NCBI RefSeq assembly: GCF_006345805.1
Contig: NC_043000.1
Location: 128,774,001 to 128,838,000 of the forward strand
Direction of reading: 5' to 3'
DNA: 64,000 nucleotides
Origin: Octopus sinensis
Lineage: Eukaryota
This document shows positions 1-13,475 of this stretch, piece after piece. Positions within the stretch are counted from its first letter, which is position 1, and the number at the start of each line of letters is the position of its first letter. Both the position numbers and the translations under genes were made by a program. The notes under the pieces were generated by a model. It was given only the letters and a program-made list of their open reading frames with translations, was not told the DNA's origin and searched no databases.

Positions 1-39
1 TATATATATTAGGGAGAGAGAGAAAGAGAGAGTGAATTA

Positions 40-175
40 GAAGAATGTACCCTAGTATACGACTGACGCTTTATTTGCCAACCTTGGAGAGATGAAAACA
101 AAGTTGACCACGGCAAGATTTAAATTCAGAGGAATGGAATAATTACCGCAAAGCTATCTAATCGACGCTCTAACG
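40..175 (-). mobile_element. Decayed tRNA-derived SINE (family A) fragment
   Basis: Diverged match to the reverse complement of the intact SINE at 28782-29012 (ttatttgccaaccttggagagatgaaaacaaagttgaccacggcaagatttaaattcaga). Confidence 0.6.
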
Positions 176-1001
176 ACCCTGTTGATTGGCTGCCTACTTA
201 ATGGGTAATATAGTCTAAAATTTAAAAAAAAATGAATAAAAGACCAGATGATGATAATGGACTTGCTTGATTAAGGTCGACTATGGGACCAAACAGCAAC
301 GGCAGCAGCAGTATCAGCATTAGCTGTATCAGTGACAGTACTGGGTACGAGAGTTTGACACAGAAAGTCAATTGTAGGTAACTAGTTCAGATGAGTATCG
401 GCCGTTGTAGTAGCGGTAGAATAGATAGAAAGAGAGAGATTGTAGAAATATTCATGAATAAGTATTTGTGTTCTAGGATGCTTTTTTCATGCAACACCCG
501 CAGCAACAGTAATAGCAGCAGCACCTGCAGAAATGTGGGAGCAGTATTCTGTTGTTTTTTCTTGATTTGTACAAAGGGTCAACAACTGATCATTGGTTAA
601 ATATTTGGTAACCGTGGACAAGAAGGCTAGCGTTTGGAATGCAGATTTAGCTTATATTGCTATATACTTAGGGTGGTTTGGTAAACATCAGAGATTGTGA
701 AGTGTAGTATTTCAAGCGATTGTGAAGGTTTTCATTGCTTGATGTCCACAACTAGATATACGATATGTGCCTTGTGATGCAATACTTATGTACGAATAAA
801 TGTGGTATAGTCTGTTATGCTTGTTTATATATGGTCTGTGTGCATGTGTTTATATGTGTGTCTGTGTGCGTGTGTGTGCGTGCGTGCGAGTGTATATTTC
901 TGTGCACGTAATTGCTTTGTGTAAACCAACCATTAAAGATAGTTTGTGTCCAAGAGTATACCTGTGTAAAGTCATGATAAGGATTACTACACATACACAT
1001 T

Positions 1002-1044
<43 letters not shown>

Positions 1045-1311
1045 CACACAAACACACACGCGCGCACACATACACACACACAAATACCCGATTGGAATCC
1101 CTCGTCACCGTGGAAGTTGTCCACCTGCTGGGGGATGGATATCCTATGCATGATGCGCTTAACGTGAAATATACTGTTACACACGGCACACCAGCTGTCA
1201 TCACATCTCGCTCGTAATTAGTACCATAAACTGGATCCATTGCCATGACTGGTGGTTTCTGTCGTCTTTGGTCGAAATGTGAGAACCCAGCGGAAGTGGT
1301 TGGCTGTAGAG

Positions 1312-1814
1312 CAGGGGTGGGGAAAGCCCCGCCCTCGAGCCCATTCTATTGCGCCCGCAGGCTGGTATACTTGTATGTAAAAATATAGTAAATTTTTCAA
1401 TTATAAAATTTATACAATATTCGTATGCCTATTTGCGACATAGGTCACGTTTCCATCACGGCTTAAAACGGTTAGACTCAAATAGAAATTGTCCGGTAAA
1501 TGCCACTTGAATGGACATTTTGTTTTCACTATAAAACACATATTGCTAGGTTTGTACCACACCCTTGAGACCCAACTACACTCTAGCTGAAAAATATAGG
1601 ATACCTCATAAGTAGTATAAACGTCCTAAATTCAGTGGCGGTGTTAATGAAGATGTTACGCGTTAATTTAATGTCTTAAACTTATCTTTATTACTGTGTC
1701 TCGAATTATACATAGATATATACAAAATTTACAGATATAAGAGCTTGTGATCCGTTTACGGACCTTTTTCTTTGGAAATTTTTGCCCGCTGCACTAAAAA
1801 GTTTCCCCACCCTG
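1312..1814. mobile_element. Non-autonomous hAT (Buster/Charlie-type) MITE
   Basis: TIRs CAGGGGTGGGGAAA (1312) and TTTCCCCACCCTG (ends 1814). Perfect 8-bp TSD CTGTAGAG at 1304-1311 and 1815-1822, with central TA as typical of Buster hATs. Confidence 0.9.
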
Positions 1815-1841
1815 CTGTAGAGCATGTCAATCAGACTATCT

Positions 1842-2230
1842 TTTACTTGTTTCAGTCATTAGGTTACACCTAAGCTGGGACATCGCCATGAAAGATTTAA
1901 TTGAACAAACCCACACTGGTACTTATTTTCAAGTCTATTGCTTATTTCATTGGTCGTTTTGGCCGAACCGCTAGTTTACAAGAACGTAAACAAAACATCA
2001 CCGGTTGTCAAGCGGTGGAGTCGGGATAAACACAAGCATAATCATACACGCGCGAGTGCGCGCGCGCGCACACACACACACACACACGTATACATGACGG
2101 GCTTCCACTCCGTTTCCATCTTTTAAATTTATTTAAAATCATTGGTCGGCTGGGACTGTAGTAGAAGGCATTTGCCTGATAGCCCGAACTGCCGCGTTGT
2201 GGGACTGAACACAAGACTACGTGTTTCAAA
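1842..2230 (-). mobile_element. tRNA-derived CORE-like SINE (family B), diverged copy
   Basis: Colinear with 26488-26896: ttttacttgtttcagtcatt ... ccgaaccgctag ... gtgggactgaac. Confidence 0.8.
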
Positions 2231-2382
2231 GCGATCTTCATGACAATGCAAAGTTGAAGAATATGTTGTTGATAAGATGATAAGTTGTTTCGGTGGCTAT
2301 AGTGTTGTTGATATAGCCTCCAAGAAAGAATCTTTGGTAGCAATCATGTCAAAAGGCTGTCATAATATCTTTTCTAGTTATG

Positions 2383-2760
2383 GCACAACGCCAGCAATTT
2401 TTATGGGAAGGACTAAGTCGATTACATCAACCCCCAATACTTGATTGATTCTTATTTATCAATCCTGAAAGGATGAATGGCAAAGCTGAACTCGGCAAGA
2501 TTTGAACTCAGAACGTAAAGCCAGAAGAAATGCCGTTTGGCATTGTTTTCGACTTTCTAACGATTTTGCAAGCTCGCCGTCTTAAAGATTATCATAATAT
2601 TGGCTTCAAATTTTGGCACAAGGCCAGCAATTTTGGGGAACTGGGTAAGTGAAAGGTAAAGTCAACCATGTCAGAATATGAACTCAGAACGTAAAGACGG
2701 ACCAAATGCCGCTAAGTATTTTGCCCGGCGTGCTAACGATTCTGCCTGCTCGCTGTCTTG
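2383..2760 (-). mobile_element. Two adjacent decayed family A SINE copies
   Basis: ggcacaa(c/g)gccagcaattt ... tgaactcagaacgtaaag ... ctaacgatt occurs twice (2383-2583 and 2617-2760) and matches the reverse complement of 28782-29012. Confidence 0.8.
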
Positions 2761-5399
2761 AAGACTATCATAGAAATTGAAAATTAATTTGGTGAACGAA
2801 ATATGAAAGCAAGAACGACAAAGTTTTTTTTTAATACAAGAATAAAAGGAAAGGTATTAAAATTAGAACAATGGGAAGAAGACAGAGTTGAAAGAGAGCA
2901 GTACTGCTAATATCAAAAGACAGCGTGATGTTGAGACAATGACAAGTAGAAGATATGAAGTAAATTGCATGGTAAGTGTGAATACGAGGAACTTTGTAGA
3001 ATCGGATATTGAACAACAGTCATGTGCCCAGCACTGTGTAATGTATTATTTTAGTTCAAGTTATTGTAGAAATATCTAGCACGGCATTTTCAGCAGCTGT
3101 TGATATAAAGACAGGAAATCTGACCATGTCTTCACAGAGTTTATTTCCTATAATAATAAATAAAACAAAAATATAATAAAATAATAAAAATAATAAAACA
3201 AAATTATATTATAGGTGAACTACTCTGCTCAGCACGTAAATTTCTTGAAAATACCATTTTTCTTAATGAAATCAAGTCCTCTTTGCTTCGGCAGACTGAA
3301 ATATTCTGAAATACTCACCTAAATGTGATCGCTAATGTCTTATAGTACATATATTGCTTGATATTATTAATGTGGAACAATAGTTCGACGAGCTAGCCGA
3401 ATCATTAGACCGCAGGGCAAATAAGGGTTTGCGATGTTTGTTTTGACTGTATACATCCTGACTTTCAATTTCTTAGGAAGAAACAGGCTAGGATTGTCTC
3501 GTATGTGTAGATATAAATATTCTACATTTATGCTACAAGAATTGTGCAGATTTTCATTTAGCCATTGACATTAATATTTTCACAATTAATGTTAGAAATC
3601 AGACAAAATACTAGAAAATATATATCAAACTGTTAAAACAGTGTATGGTAATCCTTTGACTTTGTTTATCATGTTTTATATCGCAACTGGTGTACAATGG
3701 AGTCGTCGATTACAATTTTCCAACAAACTAATGTTTCGTTCACTTTCTGACGACTTGATTGACAAGGAAATCTTTGTAATTCAGAGGAAAACAAATATCA
3801 CTAGTAAAGTACCTTTTTTTGTTTTCTCACCTATAAACATCGACGAAAGAAACACACACGTACACTCAGCATGCATTTAACACAGTCACTAACAAGTTTT
3901 GGTGAAGCCTGAAGTCACAAGGGAAAACACTTGAAAATATTGTTGAATAGTAGAATCGAACGCTAAACATCAAATTTCTAAACTACATAACCCGTACCCT
4001 TCAAGGAGGCTCTCTGTAAATCTTATAATAATTTTGCTTGTCATTGCATTACTTAGCCCGTCGGTAACGCTTTCGCGTGATTAGAGAAAAAGTGGGAGAA
4101 AGGAAAGAGAGAGAAAAAGAGGGAGAGAGAAAAAGGGAGGGAGAAAAAGCGGGAGAGAGAAGCGTTCATGACATGAGGTAGAGGAAATGTAATTATAATG
4201 CTTTCACGTGATTAGTTGAAGGGAAAGAGAGGAGAACGAAAAAGGAGGAAAGAGAAAAAGAAAATAAGGCGAAGAGTGAGACTGAAAGATGGAGAAAGAA
4301 AGATAGAGGGAGAGAAAATGTAAGAGAGAAAGATAGAGAGAGAGAGAGGAAAATACAGAGAGAAAGAGAGAGGGAGAGAAGCGTTCATGATATGAGGTAG
4401 GTGCAACGTAATAATTTTAGCAGAGGGGTGATGTTCTGATGGTTAGCAGATGAAAGGCAGATGGAGAGGGGAGAAGGAGAGAGAGAGAGGGAGAGAGAGA
4501 GGGGGGAGAGATATGATATTGGTGGAGCTGGAGGTGGTGGTGGTGGAGGTGGAGGTAGTGGTGGTGGTGACTGGATAGTGAAAAGTGTACTTTTTAAAAT
4601 TGAACTAAGTTTGTTTTTTTTTATATCACCTATCACTTAACGCATGTGGATAAGTGCAATTCTGTGAAATATTCAAGCTTATTTATGTGGCAGATATATG
4701 CAATGTAACTGAAGGTAGTATCATATGTACGGGATAGTTTTTGTTTATGGGGAAAAGGGAAAAATAAGAGTGAATATTTATTTTATGAGTGCTGTGTATT
4801 AAGTCTATAAAATTGTGTATAAAGTATATAAAATGTATGTATAATGTGCATTAAGTAATCATTTTATTCCAGTTTCTTTCACTTTTTAATGAGTAGCAGA
4901 TGAGCGACTATCTTTCCATACAAACACAACACAGGTTGCGCTTTCAGATTTTTGGATAAAGTTTTCAGAAATAACCCAATAGGTTTTCCATTAATTCCGT
5001 AAAATTTTCACGGATACCACGGATAAGCTAAGTATCCGTATTAATTATGCTGTCAAATATTTTAGAAGGCATTTCGATGATACTCTTTAAAGAACTGACG
5101 TAGAATTAAGATTATTCACATATTAAGCACAGTGTATGTATGTACTTAAAACCATGAGTAAATTGCAGCCTGTACACTTTCTGAACGACACGCCTAACGT
5201 AAAATAAATTTGAATATTTTTTAGCAATGCAGTCTGCCTGATGATGAGCCATGTCTCATGCGGCATGGTTCTTGAAAAAAGTTGTCATGTTTGTTCTATG
5301 CTAATGCATAGTACTCGGAGAAAGTACCATTTACTATGACCTCGGATTGATACTTCATGAATGTACTTTGATTGACACAAACTGTGTAAAAGCCTGTCG

Positions 5400-5404
<5 letters not shown>

Positions 5405-5465
<61 letters not shown>

Positions 5466-5507
5466 TGTATGCATACATACATTATATACATACATGCATA
5501 CATAAAT

Positions 5508-5577
<70 letters not shown>

Positions 5578-5730
5578 GTTCTCTGTCTTTTCAGTTGATT
5601 TACTTGATTTCCAGAGGAGGGATGCTGAAATCATAATAACTCTGGATATAATCTTAACTGTTGAAATGGATTTATCCGTGTCTGTTTTTGTCCTTTCTAT
5701 TGATTGTCGTACATGTCTTTTACTGTTATT

Positions 5731-5812
<82 letters not shown>

Positions 5813-5885
5813 AGTCAGTCAGCCTGTCTGACCGGTTGTCTCTCCGTCTGGTTGTGAGTGCACGCACGTGTGTGTGTGTGTGTGT

Positions 5886-5935
<50 letters not shown>
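5405..5935. repeat. Compound microsatellites (CA)n, (TA)n, (TATC)n, (GT)n
   Basis: Directly visible. They account for the low-complexity ORFs here. Confidence 0.95.
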
Positions 5936-5938
<3 letters not shown>

Positions 5939-6306
5939 CTGAATGTATATGGGTTTTTGACTCGGAACAGAAAGAGAAGGTGGGGAGCAAAAAAAAAAAA
6001 AAGAGAGAGAGAGAGATCGAAGGAGAGGGAAAGAAAAATGAAAACTAAATGCTGCAATGTATTGAGTTCAACACATGACCGTCTTAGTAATCTTCATTGC
6101 CATCAGAACCATTAATAATTCATAATCATTATAGATATGATTGCAGATATTCAATTTTTAATTGATTATCGTCAAAACAAAAATACTTTAAAATTATCTC
6201 ATTTTATGAATGCAATGAGAACGTATCATTGTGTCATTTGACTAATCATTTGTAGAATGAATTAAAACAAAAATTGCTAGAGTAGAATAAATTATTTTGC
6301 CGCGAG

Positions 6307-6630
6307 CAAAAGAGGTCTATTAACCATTTGTTAACGCAGACCATTACTAGTCTCCTTAGACTTAAATGTTTTACTTTATAAAGAATATGATGTCTTCCAG
6401 CTAAAAGATCAAATTATTTCTGAATAAATACTTATTTGTTTATAATTATCTTTTTGTTTTTCTTTTTCAATACTAAATCACTAGAAGAACAGCAACGGAG
6501 TAACCGTGCAGTTTCTGGATTTGAACTCGAATCTACGTAACAGACAGTTTTGTGACCACATCAGCAAGCCTGTGTCCATCTGCAAGGTAGGCAATCTGAA
6601 AGTGTTCAGTTACACACACATACACACACA

Positions 6631-6693
<63 letters not shown>

Positions 6694-7170
6694 TTACTTT
6701 TTTCACCCTTTCACTTGTTTCAGTCATTTGACTGCAGCCATGCTGGAGCACCGACTTGAAGAGATTTTTAGTTGAACAAATCGACACTAGGACTTGTTTT
6801 TTTCAGCGTAGTACTTATTCTATCAGTCACTTAGCTGAACTGCTAAGTTATGGGGATGTAAATACCAACACCTGTTGTTAACCGGTGATGAGGGGAAAAC
6901 ACAGACGCGCGCGCGCGCACACACATACACTCGCACACGCACGACGGGCTTCTTTGGTTGGCCCGAAGCTATAGTAGACTATACTTACCCAAGGTGCTAC
7001 GCAGTGGGACTGAACCCGGTACCCTGTGGTTGGGAAGCAAGCTTCTTACCACACAGCTACGCTGTGTGCAAAAGAAGTCTATTAATCATTTGCTAACGCA
7101 GACCATTCTAGTCTCCTTAGACTCAAATGCTTTACTTTATAAAGAATTTGATGTCTTCCAGCTAAAAGAT
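6307..7170 (+). repeat. ~100-bp direct repeat pair (6307-6410 and 7069-7170) flanking ~660 bp that includes a family B SINE (~6693-7062, minus)
   Basis: caaaaga(g/a)gtctattaa ... ttccagctaaaagatc occurs twice, roughly 90% identical by eye. Confidence 0.85.
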
Positions 7171-7269
7171 CTTGAATTAGAAGCAGCTCTAATGATGTCA
7201 ATGTTACATACTTACTACCTGTATTTTGTTTATACCCTCATTAGCTATGGGTTAGCGGTAGAGGCCAAA

Positions 7270-7741
7270 TACCTTCAAGGCACCGAATATAAAAAAAGCA
7301 ACACTAAATATTTCAAACTAGGCGAAACGACTCGTCCCGTGAGTGACCGAGAACAATGGATATCGATATTTCGCTCTATTTGCAGCTCTTCAGTATCACG
7401 TAGTCGCTATTCCGCAGCTAATGAGCGCATAAGCAAAACACATACAATATGTATGTGACATCGATAATGTCTGCATTATTAGAACACCTTATTGTTCAAA
7501 ATTAAATTTTGTTTTGCCTGTGCGGCGCTGCACACATCAGCAAATAAACTCTACACTATTTGCATATATATCTCAGACCTGCAATTATAGTTCGTTCCGA
7601 GCTAACTCGGGTGCACGATATCGTCTAGTTACCAATACAGCGGAATATCGATATTTATTGTTCTTGGTCATCTTACGAGGCGAGCTGTTTCACCTGGCTT
7701 CAGGTATTCAGTGTCTTTTAACACTCGGCGCCTTAAAGGGA
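7270..7741. mobile_element. Degenerate MITE/foldback element with ~110-bp imperfect TIRs
   Basis: The left arm (ccttcaaggcaccgaa ... gaccgagaacaatggatatcgatatttcgct) matches the reverse complement of ~7630-7741 (agcggaatatcgatatttattgttcttggtca ... cggcgccttaaaggg). Confidence 0.65.
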
Positions 7742-7842
7742 CTTTTCTCTCTGACGCTTTCCCACAGTTGATAAGGACATAAGCAAAACACATATAGTAT
7801 GTGACATCGGTAATGTTTATCGCCATGTTGATTCGCTAGCCT

Positions 7843-8028
7843 CTGCACGCATTTTTTTCTCTCCTTGTTTCTCTCCGTGTTTCTTTTCCGTGTATTTTTC
7901 TGTTGAAGAGCGTAGGCTCGAAACGTAAAAGACTTGTTTTATTTATGTTCCTGAGCGCCATACTAATACAATTGTTTGTTTGTATTCCACCTGCCTTCGT
8001 CTTTTGTTTATTTTTATAAAGCTTCTCG

Positions 8029-8030
<2 letters not shown>
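7843..8030 (+). mobile_element. Short PLE-like repeat carrying a minimal hammerhead-like motif (HHR family 2)
   Basis: ttttt-CTGTTGA-A-GAGC-gtag-GCTC-GAAAC-GTA-aaaga at 7895-7932. Other copies lie at ~37290-37430 (-), ~57665-57860 and ~58467-58665. Confidence 0.65.
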
Positions 8031-8069
<39 letters not shown>

Positions 8070-8100
8070 TATATATATATATATATATAATATATATATT

Positions 8101-8182
<82 letters not shown>

Positions 8183-8207
8183 TTATATATATATATATAT
8201 ATATATA

Positions 8208-8248
<41 letters not shown>
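8030..8248. repeat. (TA)n followed by (GA)n microsatellite
   Basis: Directly visible. Confidence 0.95.
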
Positions 8249-8251
<3 letters not shown>

Positions 8252-8402
8252 AGAATATGAGCGGTTTAGTTCACTGGTAATCTAACGGATAGGTACGCTG
8301 AATAAGTGCTATAACTGGTCATAGGTTAGGTCCCAAGTTCACAGCTGAGGCTGGAGCTAGGGATCTGTATTAGGCTTCCAAGTTAGCTGGTATATATTAT
8401 AC

Positions 8403-10580
8403 TTGAGGAAAAAAGGTAACAAAAATCAAGGCTGGACAGGTATCTCAAGTAATTTAGAATATTTAATTAGGATAAGGTGAATTTGAAGTCTTATAGCTGT
8501 TTCTGGGATATCCTAAGTGATAGGCTAGCATGTCCGTACACTGGGTATTCCGTCATCAGAGACAAGGTGAGTATGTGTGAAAGATCTAGAGAGGGAAATT
8601 CACAGTATATAAGGAATAAAATAGTAGATAAAGAGTAAAACAGTATATAGAACACAGACAGGATAATAAAGTTCACAGTTCATCTTTTTTAGAGGGTATG
8701 GATGTTGGTCTGTACTTCCGTGAAGGTACAGGCCTTTAGGTATAATCCCAGGTAAATCTAGGTAGTATTTTGGCAGGTTGTGCTATTAAGTTAGACATGG
8801 CCTGGACCAATCTTTGGTCGAAACATATCTAAGTTTATGTTGAATGTTGCGTTCATGTTGAAGGAATAGAATTAAGTGTATAGCTAATATGAAAATGGTC
8901 CACGTGGATATATAGAGTGAGAAAGACAGACATCATGATAGAAAGATATGGGTTGCGGGTGAATGAATAGAAGAGAGATGAGAAATAGAGAAAAGAAAGG
9001 AATGGGACGGGTGTAGGAAAGAATGAATGAGAGCGAAAGCAAAATAAAATCAAAAATGAAAATAATAATAAAGATAAGATGCCAGTATTACTTTTCGCAA
9101 GGGCCGGTTCGGGGTGTGAGGTTTGGCATTAAGGTTTTGGAAAAGTGGAGGAGGAAGGCGTTTATGTCTATTAATTAAATAGATGAATTCTAGGTTTGGT
9201 GTGGTCAGAAAGAAAATTTAGTTCAGTGGCCAGTAGGGATAGCTAAAAATAGATGTATAGCTTAAGGGAGTACATATAGGATAAAAATACAATTAAATGT
9301 ATAAAGAATAAGAATTAAAGAATTAAAAAGGTTATAGACTAAAAGATTAAATTCAAAATTAAAAGAATTAAAAAAGAGTATTGCAGCTAACTAGCTTCCA
9401 AGATACTTATGTTAACAGAGAAGAAACGGAAAAAACACACGTATATTGTAACGATCGTGGATGCATATAGGCAAGTGTTATATGTGCTGATTTTACTTGC
9501 ACACGTAAACTCATTTAAATATCAGGAGCATAACAAATCCACGTCCCTAGCCAACTACAGACACCATCTGATAAATAAGAAAATACCATATAGGATATCC
9601 TGGGTCATAATAGATTCTGGTGTTCTATACCAAAGCCAAGGCTCCACGTGTGGACTCTGACTGAGAGAAGCCTCCAAATATTAATTCATAATTTACCACA
9701 ATTACTCAATAAACAACACGAAGCGTTCTCTACATGACAATTAATTTTAATTTTTAGTTTGTAACCATTTTAATTTTTAATTCTTTAATTCTTATCCTTC
9801 ATACATTTAATTGTATTTTTATCCTTTATATACCCCCTTAAGCTAGGCATCTATTTTTAGCTATCCCTACTGGCCACTGAACTAAATTTTCTTTCTGACC
9901 GCACCAAATAAACGCCTTCCTCTTCCACTTTACCAAAACCTTAATGCCAGACCTCACACCCCGAACCGATCCTTACGAAGAGTAAAACTAGCATCTTATC
10001 TTTATCATTATTTTCATTTTTTGATTTTATTTTGCTTTCGTTCTCATTCATTCTTTCCTACACCTGTCCCATTCCTTTCTTTTCTCTAGTTCTCATCTCT
10101 CTTCTGTTCACTCACTCGCAACCCATATCTGTCTATCATGATATCTGTCTTTCTCACTCTATTTACCCATGTGGACCATTTTCATAATAGCTACACAATT
10201 CTATTCCTTTAACATGAACGCAACATACTACCAAAATACTGCCTGGATTTACCTGGGATTATACCTAAAGGCATATACCTTCACAGAAGTAAGGACCCAT
10301 ACCCTCTGAAAAATGAACTGTGAACTTTATTCTCCTGTCTGTATTCTATCTACTGTTTTACCCTTTATCAATTTTATTCCTTATAAACTGTGAATTTCTC
10401 TGTCTAGATCTTTCATACATATTCACCTTGTCTCCTATGACGGAATATCTAGTGTAACGACACGCTAGCCTATCACTTAGGATATCCCAGAAACAGCTGT
10501 AAAGCCTTACTCTAATTAAATATTCTAAATAACTTGGGATACCTAACTTGCCTTGATTTTTATTGTCCTTTTTCCTCTAA
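8403..10580. mobile_element. Penelope-like element relic arranged as a large inverted repeat (arms ~8403-9350 and ~9745-10580) around a GIY-YIG-derived spacer
   Basis: The arms are reverse complements with indels. The spacer reads HVNSFKYQEHNKSTSLANYRHHLINKKIPYRISWVIIDSGVLYQSQGSTCGL, resembling the PLE GIY-YIG C-terminal region. The arms contain a PRFTWDY-like PLE RT motif and a GAAACAGCTGTA hammerhead stem III remnant (~10490-10501). Confidence 0.7.
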
Positions 10581-12537
10581 TATAATATAATATAATATAA
10601 TATAATATAATATACTATAATATATATATATTATATTATATTATATCATATATGTATTTAAAGTAATACACACACGCACACACATGCGTATGTGGATTTT
10701 TGTGTGAGCACACATGCATGCGCGCGTGTATGTGTATATTTCCCAATTAAAGTTTCTTCAAATGGCTATTTACTTATTTTGTTTGACTCTATATAAGAAA
10801 TCAAGTCTAGTACACGAAATATTATTAAGTTTTAATATTTTTTAAGATTAATTTTCAGTACAAATCTATAGAATTCATCTAAAATCTCTGTTAGAGTTTT
10901 AAAATTTCATTATACCCTGACCACTAATTCTAAAGTTATTGAAGTTTACAAAACGGGTAAGGATTCAGGCTCTTAAAATCGATCCTTTTTCATGTATAGC
11001 TCTGTTACATGTTTTGTGCATTTCGTACGATATTCAATGAGCCCATCTATGATTAAAATACTAGCATTTCCAACGTTTTCTAATTTACTGAATCATTCTT
11101 GGTATGAATTACATAAATAAATAAAAAAACGAATTAAAGGTCTTAATTCTTAACGGTGTCAAATTATGGGAAACATAATCTTTAACTAACGATGAAATGC
11201 AAGACAAAATAGTTTAAAATAATATATTTATTATCTGAACCTAATTTGATTAATATCTGTACTAAAACTGACTTCACTATTTGACTTTGACTATCTGTGT
11301 ATCATATTTCAATATATACGCACCGCCATAAGGCTGTTTCAATTGCGTACGCCGATTTTTTCTACAGTTCGGCAAGCTTCCGCAATACAGTAAATGTTTT
11401 AATTACTGTTTTGTCAATATCGAGGCACATATTTCCTTTAAGCAGGTGACAGTCGGCTACATGGCATTGACATGCCTCAACGAAGGCGAAACACAATTAT
11501 CTTTTTCGGTAAATAACTGAAGTCACAATATTCGTTTCGTTTCTATATATGTTTTGTTTCTAACACAAGTTTATGGAGATATTTTATCTCAGACAATTTT
11601 ACAGCAGCATGCCTTCTAACGGTGTATATACATTTTGTATGAGACGTAGATGGCGGATTTTCATTTGACGTTGTTTCAGTTGCGTACATCGACTGCTTGA
11701 CTATATTGTTGTCAGACATCGTCTTGATATTGGTAAAGCACACCATTACAGAAATTATTTTATAAAATAAAACACTCTCCATTACGCTCTCGGATGTATC
11801 TTTTTGAAATGTAATAAAAGCTTCAGAAATCCTCACAAAATTTACCTAGTAATATGTGTTGAAATATCATAGCCACAGATTGAGCTTCATAGATATTTGC
11901 GAAATTGCGTTACATTTGAGCTTTCTGTGAAACTAATCCAAGACCACTCCGCCTAGCAAACAATGACACTAAACTTATCTTACAAGATTTCGAGAGGAAC
12001 ATGTCAGCTAATGTGAATAAATATCTCCTACATTAAAGGAATTCTGAAACAAAAAATCAATTTCGTTATCATTTTGTCTAATGAAACCAAAACTGTTCTA
12101 ATGTTTTAAAACGTGTGCCATCAGGCAATCCTGAACATACCTATCTTTGATCTTCAGTTTCTCATCCTTTACTGTAACTCGAAACATCAGTTTGGATGCA
12201 CTGCTTGGGTTTACTTGGAAGGAATACTCAATTTCTTTCAGCTTAAAAATTCTCATCCTAAAAGTTCCACTCTGTCTACAACTACATATTGCAGAGATAA
12301 ATTTACTGTTTATAAACTGCTGAAGAGTAACAATTATATTTTTATTGACTAACAATGAATGCCATATTTAATGTTAAATTAGTTTAGCAGCCAATCGAAT
12401 ATTAGTTTAGTTACACACCCACTAAGTTATGTATTTACTTTTTATTTGTGTATATGTATATATATATATATACATACATACACACACAAACACACACACA
12501 CAGACACACTCATATGCACACTCGCACACACACATAT

Positions 12538-12608
<71 letters not shown>

Positions 12609-12821
12609 CACACACACACACACACACACACGTATGTATGTATATGCCACCTTCGATAGTTGGGTATATCATATAAAGATGTTGAGTTTATTGATTTTGA
12701 CAGTAATCAATGTCAAATAATGATTTGTTCGGAGGTAAAGAATTTTGAAGAAAACAAATAAACTTATGCAGAAACTGAAATAAAACACTTGGCTAAACAC
12801 AGAAATAGTGTTATCTTTCAG

Positions 12822-13129
12822 TAGCTGAACGTGTCGTAGGACTTGCCTTTCTAAGAATGATAACTTCACATTTGAGAATTCTTCATAGAGTTGGCTCAAA
12901 TGACACAAAGTTCATTCCAGCAGAAACACTCATATACCATATTTGTACTATGACATGTAAGTCCTGCACTAGTCTAAAGAGGCATTTAGATATCCACAAA
13001 TAAAGAATGACAAAAAACACTGTGCCACTTGAAGTGAGACATATTTGCACTGTTTGTAATGCAAATTTCAAAAAGCTCTCGAGACTCAAAGGCTACCTGC
13101 GTGTTCTTGCACTGAATAAGTACGTCTAA
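12822..13129 (+). pseudogene. Degenerate tandem C2H2 zinc-finger coding remnant (LINE 3' end or ZNF pseudogene)
   Basis: One frame reads YHICTMTCKSCTSLKRHLDIHK*RMTKNTVPLEVRHICTVCNANFKKLSRLKGYLRV, with an internal stop and missing Cys/His ligands. Confidence 0.45.
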
Positions 13130-13475
13130 CCAGCTTTGAAAAGGAGTAGACTGCCTCTCTATACATTTTTGCGTTTAAAAAGCTGAAAACAATGAACACA
13201 TGTTTAACGAAATTAATACTGAAAATCTGAAAGATTTTAAAAAAAATAATTAATAATTATCAATTTAGGAAAATCTTTCTTCAAATATTGTGACTGTAAT
13301 AAGAACATTTCTAGGCACTTTTATACATATCGTAAATTGAATTAACTTTTACTAAGAAAATGTTGACATTTCCCTGCTAAACATGTTCTCTGCAAAAAAG
13401 CATTTGAATTAGTTTTATATATAATTTGACAAAGACAATATATATATATACAAAGATTATGTATAAATAGGCGTA

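Noticed and set aside
4070-4400. Short degenerate direct repeats (gagagaagcgttcatga.atgaggtag twice)
   Set aside because: They are embedded in purine-rich low-complexity DNA and are explained by local slippage duplication.
5230-5295. Functional hammerhead (CTGATGA-T-GAGCCATG/CATGGTTC-TT-GAAA)
   Set aside because: Stem II is good, but stem I and stem III do not pair, so it is counted only as a decayed remnant.
6958-7458. 166-aa ORF
   Set aside because: It is a read-through of SINE, duplicated flank and MITE sequence.
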